Positions 49,401 to 61,278 of a DNA stretch of 64,000 nucleotides are shown here, one piece after another. The position numbers were made by a program, and so were the translations under genes. Under the pieces are notes generated by a model. It was not told the DNA's origin. It saw only the letters and a list, made by a program, of their open reading frames with translations, and did no database searches. The stretch is from Nitrosopumilus sp. (GTDB lineage Archaea; Thermoproteota; Nitrososphaeria; Nitrososphaerales; Nitrosopumilaceae): the NCBI GenBank assembly GCA_965214775.1, contig OZ243974.1, positions 1,632,001 to 1,696,000 of the forward strand, written 5' to 3'. The stretch's first letter is position 1. Every line of letters begins with the position of its first letter.

Positions 49401-52400
49401 AGGAGGATGCGCTGCAGGTCGTCAGACTGGCCCTCGAGGAGGACACAAAACCGGAGTTTGCATCGGCCGAGCTTGACGAGAACACCGGACGACTTACAGT
49501 CACATTCACCGAGCCCGTCGACGTGTCAAGGACCAACCTGTGGCGGCTTTATATAAGCGACACCGGGATGGCCAACCAGGTCAGGCTGACCGGTGCCGGC
49601 TTTGACGGCACGAAACCCGACGCGGACACCCTGACGTTTACGCTTACCGAGTCGCAGCGGAGGATTGTCGTCCCGATGGACACGCCGCAGCTGGACATCA
49701 CCGAGGGAGCCGTCAGGGATCGGGCCGGAAACAACATAGCGTCGGCGGCCGACAACCCGATCAAAGTCACCAGAATGGCAGCCTCCGTCGTCGTGACCCC
49801 GGTGGGAAACCTGCACGACAACAACAAGGAGCTGCACCTTGACGGGCCGCGCGGCCTAGACGTGTACACCAGGGACGGCAAGACCTACGCCGTCGTTACA
49901 TCGCACACCGACAGCGGCGTGCAGTTTGTAGACGTCACTAATCCAGACAACCCGAGAGGTTCTGGCCGCAACGGCGACGGCAAAGGCTCGGAGCTCAGGT
50001 GGGCGCGCGATGTGGCAGTCTACGAGAGGAACAATCGCATATATGCGGCCGTCGTGGGACATGATGATGCCATCCAGATACTTGATGTCACCAATCCCGG
50101 ATCCGGCGATCACGAGCGGGGACACGTAAATGACAACAATGACAGACTGCTTGGCAACGCCGAGGGCGTGGCGATATTCAACCGGGGCCCGGACGTATAC
50201 GCCATATCGACCTCCTTTGCGGAGGACGGCATCCAGATAACCAACATAGGCAACCCGTCCAGTCCTGATGCCGTCGGAAAGCTGCGCGACAACACCACCC
50301 ACCTGCGACTGAACGAGGCCTGGGCCGTGGCCACCTTTAGGTTGGGTGGCACCCCGTACGCGGCGGTGGCCGGCAACGAGGACGGCCTTGAGATAATCCA
50401 GCTTATCAGTACAAACAGCCCAACGTCTGTCGGACGCATAGTCGACAACAATGACCTGCTGCTCGAGGACGTCCGGGGCCTAGACACCTTTGAGAAGGAC
50501 GGCAAGACCTACGTCGTGGCGGCCTCCTGGCTTGACGACGGCATCCAGATATTTGAGATCGACGCAGGGGGAGTCCCGACCGCCAAGGGCAAGCTGAGCG
50601 ACAGCGACGGCGGCCTGGGACAATCGCTGATACTCAACGGCGCCCACGGCGTGGACGTCTTTGAGATGGGCGAATACATATTTGCAGCCGTGGCATCGTA
50701 CAGCAACGACGGCATCCAGATTGTGGACATCACCGATCCGGATCGCCCGGCACCGGCGGGATCCCTCGGGGACTCCGGTGAGCTGCTGCTAGACGGCGCC
50801 ATCGAGGTAAAGGTCTTTGAGATAGACGGCGTCACGTACGCGGCCGTCTCGGCATGGGAGGAGGACGGCATCCAGATAGTCCGGCTGGCCCTTGCCGAGA
50901 ACGAGCCGCCGCGCTTTGCATCGGCCTCCCTGGACGAGAGGAGGGGCGTCCTCACAGTAGAGTTCAGCGAGAAGGTAGACGTCTCAATGACCGATCTGGG
51001 CCGCATGCACCTCAGCCAGGACGGTATCGTGGATGCCGTCTCGCTGGCAGGCGCCGAGCTGGACTCGGAGATGGCCGACTCGGATACCATGACCATCACG
51101 CTTACAGAGTCCCAGCTACTGCGGACATCGCCGATGAACACGCCGCAGCTGGACATCGGCGCCGGCGCCGTCACCGATCTTGCCGGCAACACCATAGGAC
51201 GCTCGACGGACAACCCCGCCGGCATCACCGCCGAGAGCCCGCTGCTGTTTGCGACCCCCGTGGCAAACATAAGGGACGACTACACCCTGCTGCTCAACGG
51301 CCCGCGCTCGGTCAACGCGTTTGTGATAGGCGACAAGACGTACGTGGCAGTCACCTCAATATCAAATCACGGCCTCGAGCTGATCGAGGTCACCGATCCG
51401 AAGAATCCGACCGGCGTCGGGAGGGTAAAGGACACCAGCGGCCTCGAGCTCCGGGATCCGCACGACACGGCCATCTTCAAGATAGGAACAAAGACGTATG
51501 CGGCAGTCGTGGCGCACGACGACGGCATGGAGATTATCGACATCACGGATCCGGCCAACCCGGATCCGGTCTCGCGCGTACGGGACGACAGTAGCAAGCG
51601 GCTCTCAAACCCGCACAGCGTCGACGTCTTTGAAAAGGATGGCAGGATATACACCGTATCGACGGCCAGTGCGGATCGGGGCTTACAGATCGTGGACGTC
51701 ACCGATCCGCGCAACCCGGAGGCCCTCGGAACCCTGTTTGACGGCTGGACACTGTATGACGCCCGTGACGTGGATGTCTTTACGATAGGGAATCACATCT
51801 ACGCGGTGGTGACCGCATACGGCGCCGGCGGCAGCGAGGGCTGGGACGGCATCCGGATCGTGGACGTTACCGATCCGCGCAGTCCGGCCTTTGTCGGAGC
51901 GTTGCGCGATGACGGCACCCGGCTGCTCAAAGACACCCGTGGCGTGGACACCTTCGTCATAGGCGAGCACACGTACGCGGCAGTCACCGGCAACGGGAAC
52001 GACGGGGTGGAGATAGTCCGGGTTACCGATCCGGCCAATCCGGCCAGCGTAGGACGGCTGTCAGACAGCGACCGCGACCGCGACGGCGGCGGGCTGATTC
52101 TCAACAACCCCCACGGCGTGGCGGCCTTTGAGATAGGCATATACACGTACGTGGCAGTCACCGCAGGAGAGGACGGCCTGCAGGTGGTCGACGTCAGCGA
52201 CCCGCGCAACCCGATTCCTGTCGTGGAGATGCGCGACAACGGCAACCGGCTGCTTGCTGACACCTACGACGTGGACACCTTCGTAATAGACGGCACCACG
52301 TACGCCGCAGTGGCCTCATGGACGGAGGACGGCATCCAGATAGTCAAGCTCGAGCATGCGGACACCTCAAGACCCGTCCTCGAGTCGGCCACGCTGGACT

Positions 52401-55400
52401 TCAACACGAGGGTCTTCAGCGCCACGTTTGACAAGACGATAGACGCATCCGAGACGGATCTGTCAAAGCTGTCCATAATCGAGGGCTCGAACCGGGTGGG
52501 CTTGGTAGGTGCCGACCACACGGGGACGGACTCTGACGTAGTGATGATTACGCTTACCCGGGAACAGATACAGCAGGTCGATGCCATGGCCAGTCCGTCG
52601 CTTGACGTCGGCGAGGGTGCCGTCTCGGATCTCTCCGGCAACCAGGTGCGCAGCGTCTCTGAGGTCATGGAGACCACCGGAAGGCCGGAGCCGGCCCCGC
52701 CGGTGGCGCCGGACACGGCGGTCACGACTGCAGAGGACACGGCCATAGTCATCACGCCGGCCATATCCGACCCGGATCCGGGCGACACGCCCAGGATAAC
52801 GGATGTCGGCACTCCTGTAGAAGGATCTGCCACCTTCAGCGACACGGAGATCACGTACACGCCGTCCCCGGACTATAATGGCACCGACACGTTTGATTAT
52901 ACTGTCACCTCCGGGGCCGACACCGCACAGGGCACGATAACTGTGACAATCACGCGCGACAACAACGCCCCGGTCCTGGGCGCAATAGGCAACCAGACTG
53001 CCACGGTGGGCGTCCAGCTGATCATAACACCTGACGTGACTGACGCGGATCCGACTGACACGCATACGTATTCGATATCGCGCGGCACGCTGCCGGCAGC
53101 TGCCACGTTCAGCACGTCTGACGGCCGCCTCGACTGGACGCCGGTTCAGGCAGACGCCGGGCAGACACACGAGGTTACAATAACGGTAAATGACACCCGC
53201 GGAGGCGCCGACTCGGAGGCCTTCAGCATAAAGACGGTGGAGGCACCGGACGTGACACCGCCCGTAATCACGATAACCGGTGGCAGTCCGCTGGTCCACG
53301 AGCTCGGCGACCCGTACACCGACCAGGGCGCCACTTCTGACGACGGCTCGGTAGTCCACACCACTGGCTCGAACGTCAACGTGACAAAGTCCGGCGACTA
53401 CTTTGTGTCATACGCGGCCACCGACGATAACGCCAACACGGGCACGGCCACTAGGACGGTGCAGGTGCGCGACACCACGGCACCCGTTATTGTGGTGACC
53501 GGTCCGCCGTCACTGACCCTGGTGATCGACGGCAGCTACCCGGAGAGGGGCGCCACCGTATCTGACAACGATCCTGCATATACAACCACGACGGCCACAG
53601 TCGAAGGCGACACCGTGGACACAAACTCCACGGGCACCTACGTGGTATCGTACACAGCGCCGGCAGACGACGCCGGCAACGCACCGGATGCGGTCACCCG
53701 CACCGTCATAGTCCAGGATACGGATGCGCCCGTCATCACGATAAATGGCGACAACCCGCTGGCCCACGAGCTCGGTGATACATACACCGACCAGGGCGCC
53801 GACTCCGACGACGGCTCGGCAGTTATCACCGACGACACGGCAGTAGACGTCAACGAGCACGGTGACTATGCGGTTACATACACGGCCACCGACGCGGGTA
53901 ACAACACGGGCACGGCCATCCGGATGGTTCAGGTGCGCGACACCACGGCACCCGTCATAACACTCAACGGGAGCGCGTCTGTGACAGTCGAGCTGGGCGG
54001 CGCATACGCCGAGCTGGGTGCCACCGTATCTGACAACGATCCCGATTATACAACCACGACGGCCACAGTCGGCGGCGACACCGTGGACACGAGCTCGACT
54101 GGCACCTACACGGTATCGTACACGGCGCCGGCAGACGATGCCGGCAACACGCCGGATCCGGTCACCCGCACCGTCATAGTCCAGGATACGGCGGCGCCCA
54201 CCATTACGGTATCCGGCGACAACCCGCTGGCCCACGAGCTCGGCAACCCGTACACGGATCCGGGCGCCACTTCTGACGACGGCTCGGCAGTTATCACGAA
54301 CTCCTCGGCCGTCGACGTCAACGAGCACGGCGACTATACCGTAACCTATACTGCCACCGACGGGGACGGCAACGAGGGTAAGAACACTAGGACGGTTCAG
54401 GTGCGCGACACCACAAAGCCTGTCATCGGCGCCACGGGCGACGACCCGCTGGTCCACGAGCTCGGCAACCCGTACACGGATCCGGGCGCCACTGTATCTG
54501 ACAACGATCCCGATTATACCGGCACGGTCACAACCGGAGGCGACACCGTTGACACAAACACCGCGGGCACCTACACGGTATCGTATACGGCGCCGGCAGA
54601 TGACGCCGGCAACGCACCGGATCCGGTCCCCCGCACCGTCACCGTCCAGGACACCACGGCACCCGTCATAACACTCAACGGGGACGCGTCTGTGACCGTC
54701 GAGTTCGGCGGCACCTACGCCGAGCAGGGCACCACCGTATCTGACAACGATCCCAACTATAACGGCATTGTGACCGAGTCGGGAACGGTCAACACGCAAG
54801 TGTCAGGCGACTATCAGGTGACATATACGGCACCGGCAGACGATGCGGGTAACGCACCTGACACGGTCACCAGGTTTGTCTTTGTCCGGGACTCGACTGC
54901 ACCCGTAATAACACTCTATGGGAACGCGACTGTGACCGTCGAGCTGGGCGGCACGTACACTGAGCTGGGCGCCGAGGTGGCCGACGGCGAGCCGGGCTAT
55001 GCAGGCACGGTCACAACCGGAGGCGACACCGTTGACACAAACACCGCGGGCACCTACACGGTATCGTATACGGCGCCGCCAGACGGGGACGGCAACGCAC
55101 CTGCTCCGGTCATCCGCACCGTCGTGGTGCAGGACACCACGGCACCCGTCATAACACTCAACGGGGACGCGACCGTCTTCGTCGAGCTGGGCGGCACCTA
55201 CACGGAACAGGGCGCCACCGTATCTGACAACGATCCCGACTATGCCGGCACGGCCACGCCCGGAGGCGACACCGTTGACACAAACACCGCGGGCACCTAC
55301 ACGGTATCGTATACGGCGCTGGCAGACGATGCAAACAACGCACCGGATCAGGTCACCCGCACCGTCGTGGTACAGGACACCAGCGGGCCGGCAATAACAC

Positions 55401-58400
55401 TCAACGGGGACGCGACCGTCTTCGTCGAGCTGGGAAACAGCTACGCCGAGCAGGGCGCCACTGCCGAGGGCGGCCTGGCAGTCACCACGGACTCCTCTGA
55501 CGTGGATGTTACTCAGACCGGAACCTATACGGTGACATACACTGCCACCGACGGGGACGGCAACGAAGGCACGGCTACGAGAATCGTCACGGTGCGCGAC
55601 ACCACGCCGCCGGTCATCACCATAAACGGAGACGATACGATATTCCTGGATCTGGATTCTGTGTATGAAGACGAGGGCGCTGCCTCGACTGACAACGATC
55701 CGGACTATGTGGAATCCGTGTTCGATGATGCTTCTGCAGTCGATACGGCCACACCGGGCACCTATACGGTAACATATACTGCCACCGATGACGCAGGCAA
55801 CGCGGCCACGGCCACCAGGACGGTGCACGTGGAGCTGGACGAAGTAAAGGTGGGCACCCTCATACCCTCGGGCGATGACGCAGGCGACCAGCAGGGCCAG
55901 CAACAAGTCCTTGCGGCAGTTGCAAACAGCATGCAAGTCCTGGCAGAGGCCGCAGGCGACCAGCTGGCCTCGCAATACGTCCTTGCCGCAAAGACTGCCG
56001 TCTCTGACTTTAACGGATACCTCACGCAGAACAACGCCACCTGGCGCATCGCAGTCGACATCAGGGATACGGAGGATCATGGCGTGCAGGCTGCGATCCA
56101 GTCGCTCAATGCAGACGACGTCACTCTCGTCTCCGGATCCATCCGGGGTCCCGATCTGGTGTCCATAGCACCGTATGTGGATTCCAATGACATGATACTT
56201 TTCAGCTGCTGCTCGACGGCGCCCTCGCTTGCAGTTGCAGGCGACAACGTGTTCCGCCTGGCCCCTGACAGCTCGCAGCACGGGCTCGTGATTGCCGACC
56301 TGCTAATGCACGAGTACGGAAAGGACGTCATGGTGGCAGTGTGGCGTGACGACGTCTGGGGGATCGGCCTCAAGGACTCGACTGCAGACGAGTTTGAGGA
56401 GCTTGGAGGCACCGTTGATGATACCCTGGGCGGCTACGATCCGAACTCTGCTGACTTGGATGCCGACTTTGAGGTCTTGGCCGAAAGGCTGAGTGACGCC
56501 GTCTCGGGCCACGTGGACACGGTGGGGGCCGACAGGGTGTCCGTCCTGTTTATAGGGCAGGACGAGATGTCCAGGTTCGTAAACAAGGCTGCAGACCATC
56601 CGATACTGAGTACGGTACAGTGGATGGGATCCGATGCCTCGGTTCTTGACGATGCGCTGGTGAGCGATCCTAGAACATTCGAGTTCCTAAGGAATGCCAA
56701 CTTTGTAGCGTCCATCTTTGCAGGGGATTCCGGCAGCGAGATGCACATGAGGCTGGCAAACCTGGTCGAGGCAGAAACTGGCATCATGCCTACGGCATAC
56801 ACGTACGGCATGTATGATTCCATATGGATTCTCGGCCTGGCCCTAGAGCAGGCAGGAACTGACGCCGAGGTTGCGGCAATAAAGGACGCCATACCTCAGG
56901 TAACATTCCAGCATGCCGGGGTTGAGCTCAACGAGGCAGGCGACTTGGACGAGTCCGAGTATGCCATATGGGGAATAGATGATTCGGGCTGGGCCATGAT
57001 GGGCACGTACTCGCCGCACGCGCCGCCGGCCTTTGAATCGGCAACCCTCAACGAGAACACGGGCGCCATGACCATAACCTTCAGCAAGACCGTGGACATA
57101 TCGGCGACCAACCTGACCATAATGTATGTCAGCGATGTAAACCAGGCAGATACAGTCTCGCTGGCCGGCGCCGTGTTTGACTTTGAATCCGCCGACGTCG
57201 AGACCCTCTCGCTTACCCTGGTGGATTCCCAGATACAGCAGGTGAACCCGATGGATACGCCACAGCTCGACATTGCAGCCGGCGCCGTATCGGATCTGCG
57301 CGGCAACCTGATAGGCGACTTGCCGGACAACAGGATCATCCTGGATCCTCCACGGGATCGTGGTGATGATGACAGCACAGGATCGACGCCGTCTGTCAGC
57401 CGCGGCGGAGGCGGAGGCGGAAGCGGCGGCGGCCGCACCGGCGTCATGGTTTCCTCGGACATTCTGAGTTCTACGCACATAGCGTCCATATCATGGGACT
57501 GCACCGCCGGACTCATAACGATAGTTGCCGTACCGCCCTCAGATTATCTCTCGGTCTCGGTGCGCACTACTGTGGGCGGTGCCATCCTAGCTACGGCGGC
57601 AGGCCAGACGGCCGATGGGTTGGCAGCGACATTTACGGCACCCATGCATGAGACTGAGACGTACATCGGCGTCAGCGCAATCATGCAGTCTGGAAGGAGC
57701 ATAAGCTCTGACCACGAGTCAATAAACGTCGGCGCCTGTATCGGCGAGCGCACGTATGACATTCCGGCGTCCATGCGCGCAGATGTCATCGGAGGGGCAG
57801 TCGATCAGCCGCGCGATGCGGCCGACGAGGCCGTCGAACCGCCGGTGCCAGAAGGGCCCGAAGTCGTGGTACAGCCAGAACCCGTACCAGAACCGCAGCC
57901 AGAACCCGTACCAGAACCCGTACCAGAACCGCAGCCAGAACCGCAGCCAGAACCCGTACCAGAACCCGTACCAGAACCCGTACCAGAACCCGTACCAGAA
58001 CCCGTACCAGAACCCGTACCAGAACCCGTACCAGAGCCCGGCGGCTCATGCCTGATAGCTACTGCCGCATATGGCACCGAGCTGGCACCGCAGGTACAGG
58101 CACTCAGGGAGGTACGCGATGTTACGCTGCTCTCGACGGATTCGGGCGCATCCTTTGTAGCCGGATTCAACTCCATATACTACTCGTTCTCGCCTGCGAT
58201 AGCAGACCTGGAGCGCCAGAATCCTGTACTGCGCGATGCCGTAAGAATTGCCATCACCCCGATGATCTCGACGCTGTCGGTAATGTCGCTTGCAGAGGAG
58301 GGATCCGAGTCATCCGTACTGGCACTGGGCGCCTCAGTCATTGCCCTGAATATCGGCATGTATGTGGCAGCCCCTGCTGCCGCCGTCATTGTAGCCACAA

Positions 58401-58417
58401 GGCGACTGCGGGCCTAA
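43466..58417 (+). CDS. Giant cell-surface protein 2 (~4983 aa): 6 LVIVD-like propellers with Ig-like spacers, Big_9/He_PIG-like units, 11 DUF5011-like Ig repeats, 1 Venus-flytrap domain, PEPV stalk, CFI-box-CTERM
   Basis: GGAGG 7 nt before ATG 43466; signal peptide; repeats as in gene 1; PVITLNG..ELG..Y...GAT repeats at 53250-55830; C-terminus near-identical to gene 1. Confidence 0.9.
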   Translation: MTLRSRSKSGGRPATAAARQHPLLRDPARVAVLLAVLAAAAVSGLAAIGLQAEAQVQEQAVSRLIVSESSIVWDNEDAPRLWQPTGVDTFERNGRVYAAIITEAEDALQLVDITDPDNPRATDAIDSYDIDRRFIDPHDVAIYERDGKAYAVIVSHDDAVQVLDVSDPGDIRVADFVEDKSGVYLGNGHAVDVFERQGALYAVVASESENGIQLVTLSNPEELRLAGGLGDNSQRLLDDARGVAVFARGNTNFAVVTSETEDGIQIVSLGDPNGLRAVGRLTADADLDYDNPRAVVVFEIGTKDYAAVASTKGLRIIDISNTNQPVNAGQWVDGSFSQDTRPNDMDVFSMEGRTFVAMTFDGSGGVSFVDVTDPHAPVHVGSLKDSTSRALDTVYDIDIFTRGDSTYAAAVSWEEDAMQILRLALAEDTKPELASASLDERSGVLTVKFTEPVDVSKTNMLHLHVSSAGAANQVPLHGADYDRAGVDTTTLRFKLSESQRRIVDPMETPQLDITEGAVRDRAGNAIASAADNPIEVTRMAASVVVTPVGKLHDNNKELHLDGPRGLDVYTRDGKTYAVVTSHTDSGVQFVDVTNPDDPRGSGRNGDGRGSELRWARDVAVYEQSGRIYAAVVGHDDAIQILDVTNPGSGNHERGHENDNNARLLGNAEGVATFNIDGTTYAISTSFSENGIQITDISDPSDPTAIVNMPDNGDRLLGEPWGVAVFERDGSTYAAVTSNEDGLQIIDISRPHLPNAVGRIGDNGDRLLEDTRGVDTFEKDGRTYAVVASWLDDGIQIVDVTDPASPTAKGNLRDTDGLLILNGAHGVDVFELGEYVFAAVATFSNDGIQIVDVTDPDRPAPAASLGDTGGSNELLLDGAVEVDVFQIGGVTYAAVSPWHDDGLQIVRLALAENEPPRFASASIDERSGVLTVRFTERIDVSMTDLNRMHLSQDGDVDTVSLAGASLDSRAADSDTITIKLTEAQLLRTSPMSTPQLDIGAGAVTDLAGNAIRGMPDNPVSVEAETALLVATPVGSIKDTGALLLNGPRSVNAFTIGPETYLAVTSISNHGIQFIRVTDPTNPEGAGQVSDTKGLELRDPHDSAFFEKNGSYYVAVVAHDDGMEIIDVTSPAGATPVSRVRDDSSKRLSNPHSVDVFEKDGRIYTVSTASADRGLQIVDVTDPRNPEALGTLFDGWTLYDARDVDVFTIGNRIYAVVTAYGAGGSEGWDGIRIVDVTDPRSPAFVGALRDDGTRLLKDTRGVDTFVIGEHTYAAVTGNGNDGVEIVRVTDPANPASVGRLSDSDRDRDGGGLILNNPHGVAAFEIGVRTYVAVTAGEDGLQLIDVTKPNNPIPAAEVRDTPSLLLDDTYDVDTFVIDGTTYAAVASWSEDGIQILRLEHADTSRPAFESASLNTNTRVLTVTFDEKIDVSEVSLSRFLITDADGDPSFRLTALPLSTTDDSDTITIHLSSGQINTVGAMNSPRLTISEGGVSDLAGNEISTTNNKRITLAGDSDRPAFVSAALDENTRIISISFDEIIDVSETNTWRMNVTYAGADPARDPIRLRGASLDRTGPDTDTLSLLLAESQLRRIAAIPEPLLDIREGAVVDLSGNDVEAVSDGRIEITERLPGLIITASSNIVDGRGAERLNGPTGLEIFEKDGRTYAAIVTQSDDSLQIIDITDPDNLRATDHSGDGRNSEFNNPNDVAIVKNDNKIFAVIVSDDDAVQVLEITNPSDIRETRHLNDHTDLFLGNGYALATFDPPGGIKYAIVTSESENGVQVINVDNLSRNLGATVKLADSSDLLLDDPRSVAVFAGGQQRYAVITSSTEDGIQVLEIGANRVRAAGQLTFDPRLDYDNPNSVVTFQIDGHNYAAVASSKGLRMVDLGDPSSPAFAGQWIGGSSSSSPRPYEMDVFEMEGRTFVAMGFDGTAGIRFIDVTDPYRPVSVGNLWDSTGRNLHTIYDIDVFTIGASTYAAAVSWQEDALQVVRLALEEDTKPEFASAELDENTGRLTVTFTEPVDVSRTNLWRLYISDTGMANQVRLTGAGFDGTKPDADTLTFTLTESQRRIVVPMDTPQLDITEGAVRDRAGNNIASAADNPIKVTRMAASVVVTPVGNLHDNNKELHLDGPRGLDVYTRDGKTYAVVTSHTDSGVQFVDVTNPDNPRGSGRNGDGKGSELRWARDVAVYERNNRIYAAVVGHDDAIQILDVTNPGSGDHERGHVNDNNDRLLGNAEGVAIFNRGPDVYAISTSFAEDGIQITNIGNPSSPDAVGKLRDNTTHLRLNEAWAVATFRLGGTPYAAVAGNEDGLEIIQLISTNSPTSVGRIVDNNDLLLEDVRGLDTFEKDGKTYVVAASWLDDGIQIFEIDAGGVPTAKGKLSDSDGGLGQSLILNGAHGVDVFEMGEYIFAAVASYSNDGIQIVDITDPDRPAPAGSLGDSGELLLDGAIEVKVFEIDGVTYAAVSAWEEDGIQIVRLALAENEPPRFASASLDERRGVLTVEFSEKVDVSMTDLGRMHLSQDGIVDAVSLAGAELDSEMADSDTMTITLTESQLLRTSPMNTPQLDIGAGAVTDLAGNTIGRSTDNPAGITAESPLLFATPVANIRDDYTLLLNGPRSVNAFVIGDKTYVAVTSISNHGLELIEVTDPKNPTGVGRVKDTSGLELRDPHDTAIFKIGTKTYAAVVAHDDGMEIIDITDPANPDPVSRVRDDSSKRLSNPHSVDVFEKDGRIYTVSTASADRGLQIVDVTDPRNPEALGTLFDGWTLYDARDVDVFTIGNHIYAVVTAYGAGGSEGWDGIRIVDVTDPRSPAFVGALRDDGTRLLKDTRGVDTFVIGEHTYAAVTGNGNDGVEIVRVTDPANPASVGRLSDSDRDRDGGGLILNNPHGVAAFEIGIYTYVAVTAGEDGLQVVDVSDPRNPIPVVEMRDNGNRLLADTYDVDTFVIDGTTYAAVASWTEDGIQIVKLEHADTSRPVLESATLDFNTRVFSATFDKTIDASETDLSKLSIIEGSNRVGLVGADHTGTDSDVVMITLTREQIQQVDAMASPSLDVGEGAVSDLSGNQVRSVSEVMETTGRPEPAPPVAPDTAVTTAEDTAIVITPAISDPDPGDTPRITDVGTPVEGSATFSDTEITYTPSPDYNGTDTFDYTVTSGADTAQGTITVTITRDNNAPVLGAIGNQTATVGVQLIITPDVTDADPTDTHTYSISRGTLPAAATFSTSDGRLDWTPVQADAGQTHEVTITVNDTRGGADSEAFSIKTVEAPDVTPPVITITGGSPLVHELGDPYTDQGATSDDGSVVHTTGSNVNVTKSGDYFVSYAATDDNANTGTATRTVQVRDTTAPVIVVTGPPSLTLVIDGSYPERGATVSDNDPAYTTTTATVEGDTVDTNSTGTYVVSYTAPADDAGNAPDAVTRTVIVQDTDAPVITINGDNPLAHELGDTYTDQGADSDDGSAVITDDTAVDVNEHGDYAVTYTATDAGNNTGTAIRMVQVRDTTAPVITLNGSASVTVELGGAYAELGATVSDNDPDYTTTTATVGGDTVDTSSTGTYTVSYTAPADDAGNTPDPVTRTVIVQDTAAPTITVSGDNPLAHELGNPYTDPGATSDDGSAVITNSSAVDVNEHGDYTVTYTATDGDGNEGKNTRTVQVRDTTKPVIGATGDDPLVHELGNPYTDPGATVSDNDPDYTGTVTTGGDTVDTNTAGTYTVSYTAPADDAGNAPDPVPRTVTVQDTTAPVITLNGDASVTVEFGGTYAEQGTTVSDNDPNYNGIVTESGTVNTQVSGDYQVTYTAPADDAGNAPDTVTRFVFVRDSTAPVITLYGNATVTVELGGTYTELGAEVADGEPGYAGTVTTGGDTVDTNTAGTYTVSYTAPPDGDGNAPAPVIRTVVVQDTTAPVITLNGDATVFVELGGTYTEQGATVSDNDPDYAGTATPGGDTVDTNTAGTYTVSYTALADDANNAPDQVTRTVVVQDTSGPAITLNGDATVFVELGNSYAEQGATAEGGLAVTTDSSDVDVTQTGTYTVTYTATDGDGNEGTATRIVTVRDTTPPVITINGDDTIFLDLDSVYEDEGAASTDNDPDYVESVFDDASAVDTATPGTYTVTYTATDDAGNAATATRTVHVELDEVKVGTLIPSGDDAGDQQGQQQVLAAVANSMQVLAEAAGDQLASQYVLAAKTAVSDFNGYLTQNNATWRIAVDIRDTEDHGVQAAIQSLNADDVTLVSGSIRGPDLVSIAPYVDSNDMILFSCCSTAPSLAVAGDNVFRLAPDSSQHGLVIADLLMHEYGKDVMVAVWRDDVWGIGLKDSTADEFEELGGTVDDTLGGYDPNSADLDADFEVLAERLSDAVSGHVDTVGADRVSVLFIGQDEMSRFVNKAADHPILSTVQWMGSDASVLDDALVSDPRTFEFLRNANFVASIFAGDSGSEMHMRLANLVEAETGIMPTAYTYGMYDSIWILGLALEQAGTDAEVAAIKDAIPQVTFQHAGVELNEAGDLDESEYAIWGIDDSGWAMMGTYSPHAPPAFESATLNENTGAMTITFSKTVDISATNLTIMYVSDVNQADTVSLAGAVFDFESADVETLSLTLVDSQIQQVNPMDTPQLDIAAGAVSDLRGNLIGDLPDNRIILDPPRDRGDDDSTGSTPSVSRGGGGGGSGGGRTGVMVSSDILSSTHIASISWDCTAGLITIVAVPPSDYLSVSVRTTVGGAILATAAGQTADGLAATFTAPMHETETYIGVSAIMQSGRSISSDHESINVGACIGERTYDIPASMRADVIGGAVDQPRDAADEAVEPPVPEGPEVVVQPEPVPEPQPEPVPEPVPEPQPEPQPEPVPEPVPEPVPEPVPEPVPEPVPEPVPEPGGSCLIATAAYGTELAPQVQALREVRDVTLLSTDSGASFVAGFNSIYYSFSPAIADLERQNPVLRDAVRIAITPMISTLSVMSLAEEGSESSVLALGASVIALNIGMYVAAPAAAVIVATRRLRA
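57875..58042 (+). repeat. In-frame 12-bp tandem repeat x14 (PEPV/PEPQ stalk)
   Basis: CCAGAACCCGTA and CCAGAACCGCAG units. Confidence 0.92.
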
Positions 58418-58460
58418 AGTCACGATGACACAAGGCTGTTCCTACCATACCTTCTCTGCA

Positions 58461-58520
58461 GAGATCTGATTCGAAATTAGCAAATTCTGATCATGTGCAA
58501 ACGAATCTGCGCAAAACAGA
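58461..58520. mobile_element. M4 MITE left part, 43 bp after giant gene 2
   Basis: GAGATCTGATTCGAAATTAGCAAATTCTGATCATGTG aligns to 17100-17140. Confidence 0.6.
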
Positions 58521-58722
58521 TGCTGTATGAAATCTTGTCCGTATCCTGTGATATAGCATTGCTGTTGGGCCTGAGAGTCGATCGAAACTTACCATGTACA
58601 AGGGTGTTCAATAGACTGGCTCGCAACAGCAGCAGGCAGAAAGCAATATGCCGCACAGAAGACGATAAATGGGAGATCCCGTCCGGATCAGGCATTTTGA
58701 TCAAAAAGAAGGAGGTGATAAC

Positions 58723-59130
58723 ATGATCAACGTAGGAACAGATGTACACAAAGAGGTGCGTTGCAGCAGTAAAGGACGGTTCGGACAAGCTGCTGCTAGA
58801 GCGCTCCACGTTTGAGGACCGTTTCTGCGGCAACGAATTTTGTAACAGACCTAGGGGTACAACACTCCGGACTACTGCCAATCAGGGTAGCATACGGATC
58901 TGCTACCATCTACCGGATCATCATACATGACATGCATGAGAATTGCGGGACAGGCACCGCGCCGGTGCATCCGGCAAAGGTCAGGGCGATGGTGCACGCC
59001 AGGACAAAGGACGACCACCAAGGCCAATGCTCACTGAATTCAGAGGCAGGTCAGGGCGATGGCACACGCCAGGACATTGGACGGCTGCGTGGATGCCGGC
59101 ATACTTGTGGATCTGCTCATAACGGACATG
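58723..59130 (+). pseudogene. IS110-family transposase N-terminal relic
   Basis: SD GGAGGTGA; MINVGTDVHK..CVAAVKD, VHPAKVRAMVHARTKDD, VDAGILVDLL; several frameshifts. Confidence 0.75.
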
Positions 59131-59238
59131 CCAGCCAGCCAGGCAGCCAGCCAGCCAGCCAGCCAGGCAGCCAGCCAGCCAGGCAGCCAGCCAGCCAGGC
59201 AGCCAGGCAGCCAGCCAGCCAGGCAGCCAGGCAGGCAG
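59130..59238. repeat. Mosaic CCAG/GCAG tetranucleotide microsatellite
   Basis: About 27 consecutive tetramers. Confidence 0.92.
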
Positions 59239-59496
59239 GGTAGTAGTCTAATGTAGCAAGTACGGAATTTGAGGTAGAAGAAGAAGAAGAATTGCTTGGA
59301 TGAAGAGAGCAGCAAATGAAAGTCATACCACAACCAAATTGCAAGAAACGTGGAGCAAGAATTCAGAAGCAAAGACAGCATTCAGGATTGCAGACTAGCC
59401 ATATCTGAACTTCCTCTAAATTATCCCAAAAAGCAGGAATCATGACACTGAGCCAAAGTTTACACTTTAATTTGAGAAAATTAGGATTATTTCAAA

Positions 59497-59808
59497 TTGC
59501 AAAAAATAGATTATGAGGCACCTGTATGGGTTTTAAATTACAACAATCCAAAGCCGCTATTGGATCATGCCATTTACATGCTTGAAAAGCACGGAGTCAA
59601 ACGAGAAGACATGGAAATTACCGAAACTCCCACTGCCAAAGTTGGCGCAATCGTAGTTGAGGTTTGGCCATATGAACTGGTCATTGGAAGGGTCAGATCT
59701 ACTAGAAATGACTCTTTTATCAGTGGAACAGAGTTTGCAATCGAGCTTCGGTTAGATGAGAACGGGAATTACGTAGATTACATTGAAGAAGAAGAAAAAA
59801 AAAATTAA
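59497..59808 (+). CDS. Hypothetical protein
   Basis: 103-aa ORF with TTG start and backbone-like composition. Confidence 0.7.
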   Translation: MQKIDYEAPVWVLNYNNPKPLLDHAIYMLEKHGVKREDMEITETPTAKVGAIVVEVWPYELVIGRVRSTRNDSFISGTEFAIELRLDENGNYVDYIEEEEKKN

Positions 59809-60478
59809 CAACATCATAATTGCAGCCGTTGCAATCGGGATTATCGGCGCAATTGCTGCATACAACTATTCGGCAGACCAGACAAGACAAAAAGGGCTGC
59901 AGTTTGGAATTCAACTGGAGCAAATTCAAAAGGAGGTCAAAGAGATTCAAGACAGATTCTATTCGGAAAAAACCAAATGGGAAGAAGAGGACATTACCAA
60001 GGAGGAACTTTTGTCATACTATGATAAACACATATCAAAATTCAAAGAGGTTATCTCAAAGTATGACGAGTTGGACCCCCCGGAACTGTTTGAGAGTTCT
60101 GTTCAGCTGTTAAAGATGTCCTCGCAAACCCAGCTGGAAAGCGATGTACAGTTCATCGAATGGATAAAGACAGGCGACGAATCTGCAAAAGTCAGATCAG
60201 ACACGCAAATCCAGGAATCGCTGGACTTTGAGATGCAGGGACTGGTTGAATTTTATTCTGCAAAAACAGGGGTAAAAGACTATGAGCAGCCAGAAAAGTT
60301 TGAGGCGCCGCAATCAGGACTGACCCAAAAAGTAATTCGTGTAGCTGAAGACATGAAAAAGAGATGTGATGAAAAATTCAAAAATGAGCTGGGTGAATTT
60401 GACTCAGATGATCTGAAAGAAGAGTGGTCTGATTGTGCCAACGAGGCACAAAAATGGAAGATTGAACACCTCCCGTAG
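59783..60478 (+). CDS. Membrane-anchored helical hypothetical protein
   Basis: Poly-Lys N-terminus, one TM helix, helical acidic body. Confidence 0.8.
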   Translation: MKKKKKKINNIIIAAVAIGIIGAIAAYNYSADQTRQKGLQFGIQLEQIQKEVKEIQDRFYSEKTKWEEEDITKEELLSYYDKHISKFKEVISKYDELDPPELFESSVQLLKMSSQTQLESDVQFIEWIKTGDESAKVRSDTQIQESLDFEMQGLVEFYSAKTGVKDYEQPEKFEAPQSGLTQKVIRVAEDMKKRCDEKFKNELGEFDSDDLKEEWSDCANEAQKWKIEHLP

Positions 60479-60516
60479 CACAAAAGCTTCTTAAAATAAT
60501 ATTTTCTAAGCCATGT

Positions 60517-61278
60517 GTGGAAAACAGCATTCTGGGATTAGTGGTTTTGTCTGGTCTTGTCCCGTTGGCGTTTGCCGAAGTAACCATCCAAAATGATCAG
60601 AAATACATCGGAGATGATGGGTCGTTGCACGTTGTTGGGGAGATTCTCAATGATTTAGAGGCACCATTAAACCAAATTTCTGTCCGTGTGACACTCTTAG
60701 ATGAAAACCAGGACGTAATCACAGTCAAAGAGACCAATTCGCTTGTAAACACGATAATGCCCGGCATGAAAGGCCCATTTGATCTGATTTTGACTAGTGG
60801 CAAGGAGGCATCAAACACGGAATCATACAGACTGGAATTGGACTATGAGATCAGTCCTCCAAAAAACCAAGTAATTGAGATTACGGAATCCGAGCTGTCT
60901 CGAGATAATTTGGGAAATCTGATGATAAAGGGAACCGTGGCAAATCAGGGAGAAATTACGGCCAACACAGTAGCAGTGATAGCCACACTGTATGACAGCA
61001 AAGGAAATGTGGCAGCAGTATCAAGAGTCCATCCGGAACCTGACTATCTGAAAACCAAGGATGACATGTTTTTCTTGATCTCAGTCCCAGACAAAATTCA
61101 AACCCGGGGAATCGACAGATACGAGTTAATTGCCGAATCCGAGGAATTTGCCGCAGTCCCAGAATTTCCAATTGGGACATTGATTGTTCTTGCCGGAACA
61201 TTATCTGCATACGTTGGAATTACGAAATTTTCTGGCAGATTCATAACAAATCTGATCTCTTCAACAGGTCTAAAGTAG
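60517..61278 (+). CDS. Exported FxLYD-domain protein with a PEF-CTERM-like sorting signal
   Basis: Two domains with VTLLD/ATLYD; VPEFP followed by a TM helix. Confidence 0.82.
   Translation: MENSILGLVVLSGLVPLAFAEVTIQNDQKYIGDDGSLHVVGEILNDLEAPLNQISVRVTLLDENQDVITVKETNSLVNTIMPGMKGPFDLILTSGKEASNTESYRLELDYEISPPKNQVIEITESELSRDNLGNLMIKGTVANQGEITANTVAVIATLYDSKGNVAAVSRVHPEPDYLKTKDDMFFLISVPDKIQTRGIDRYELIAESEEFAAVPEFPIGTLIVLAGTLSAYVGITKFSGRFITNLISSTGLK

Noticed and set aside
44980-52139. Diversity-generating retroelement template/variable repeat pair
   Set aside because: No reverse transcriptase in the window, both copies are coding, and I saw no adenine-specific mismatch pattern
52463-56281. Long antisense ORFs (298-492 aa) inside giant gene 2
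   Set aside because: Same shadow-frame effect
57875-59238. Possible CRISPR array among the short repeats
   Set aside because: The repeats are contiguous without unique spacers, and no cas genes are present
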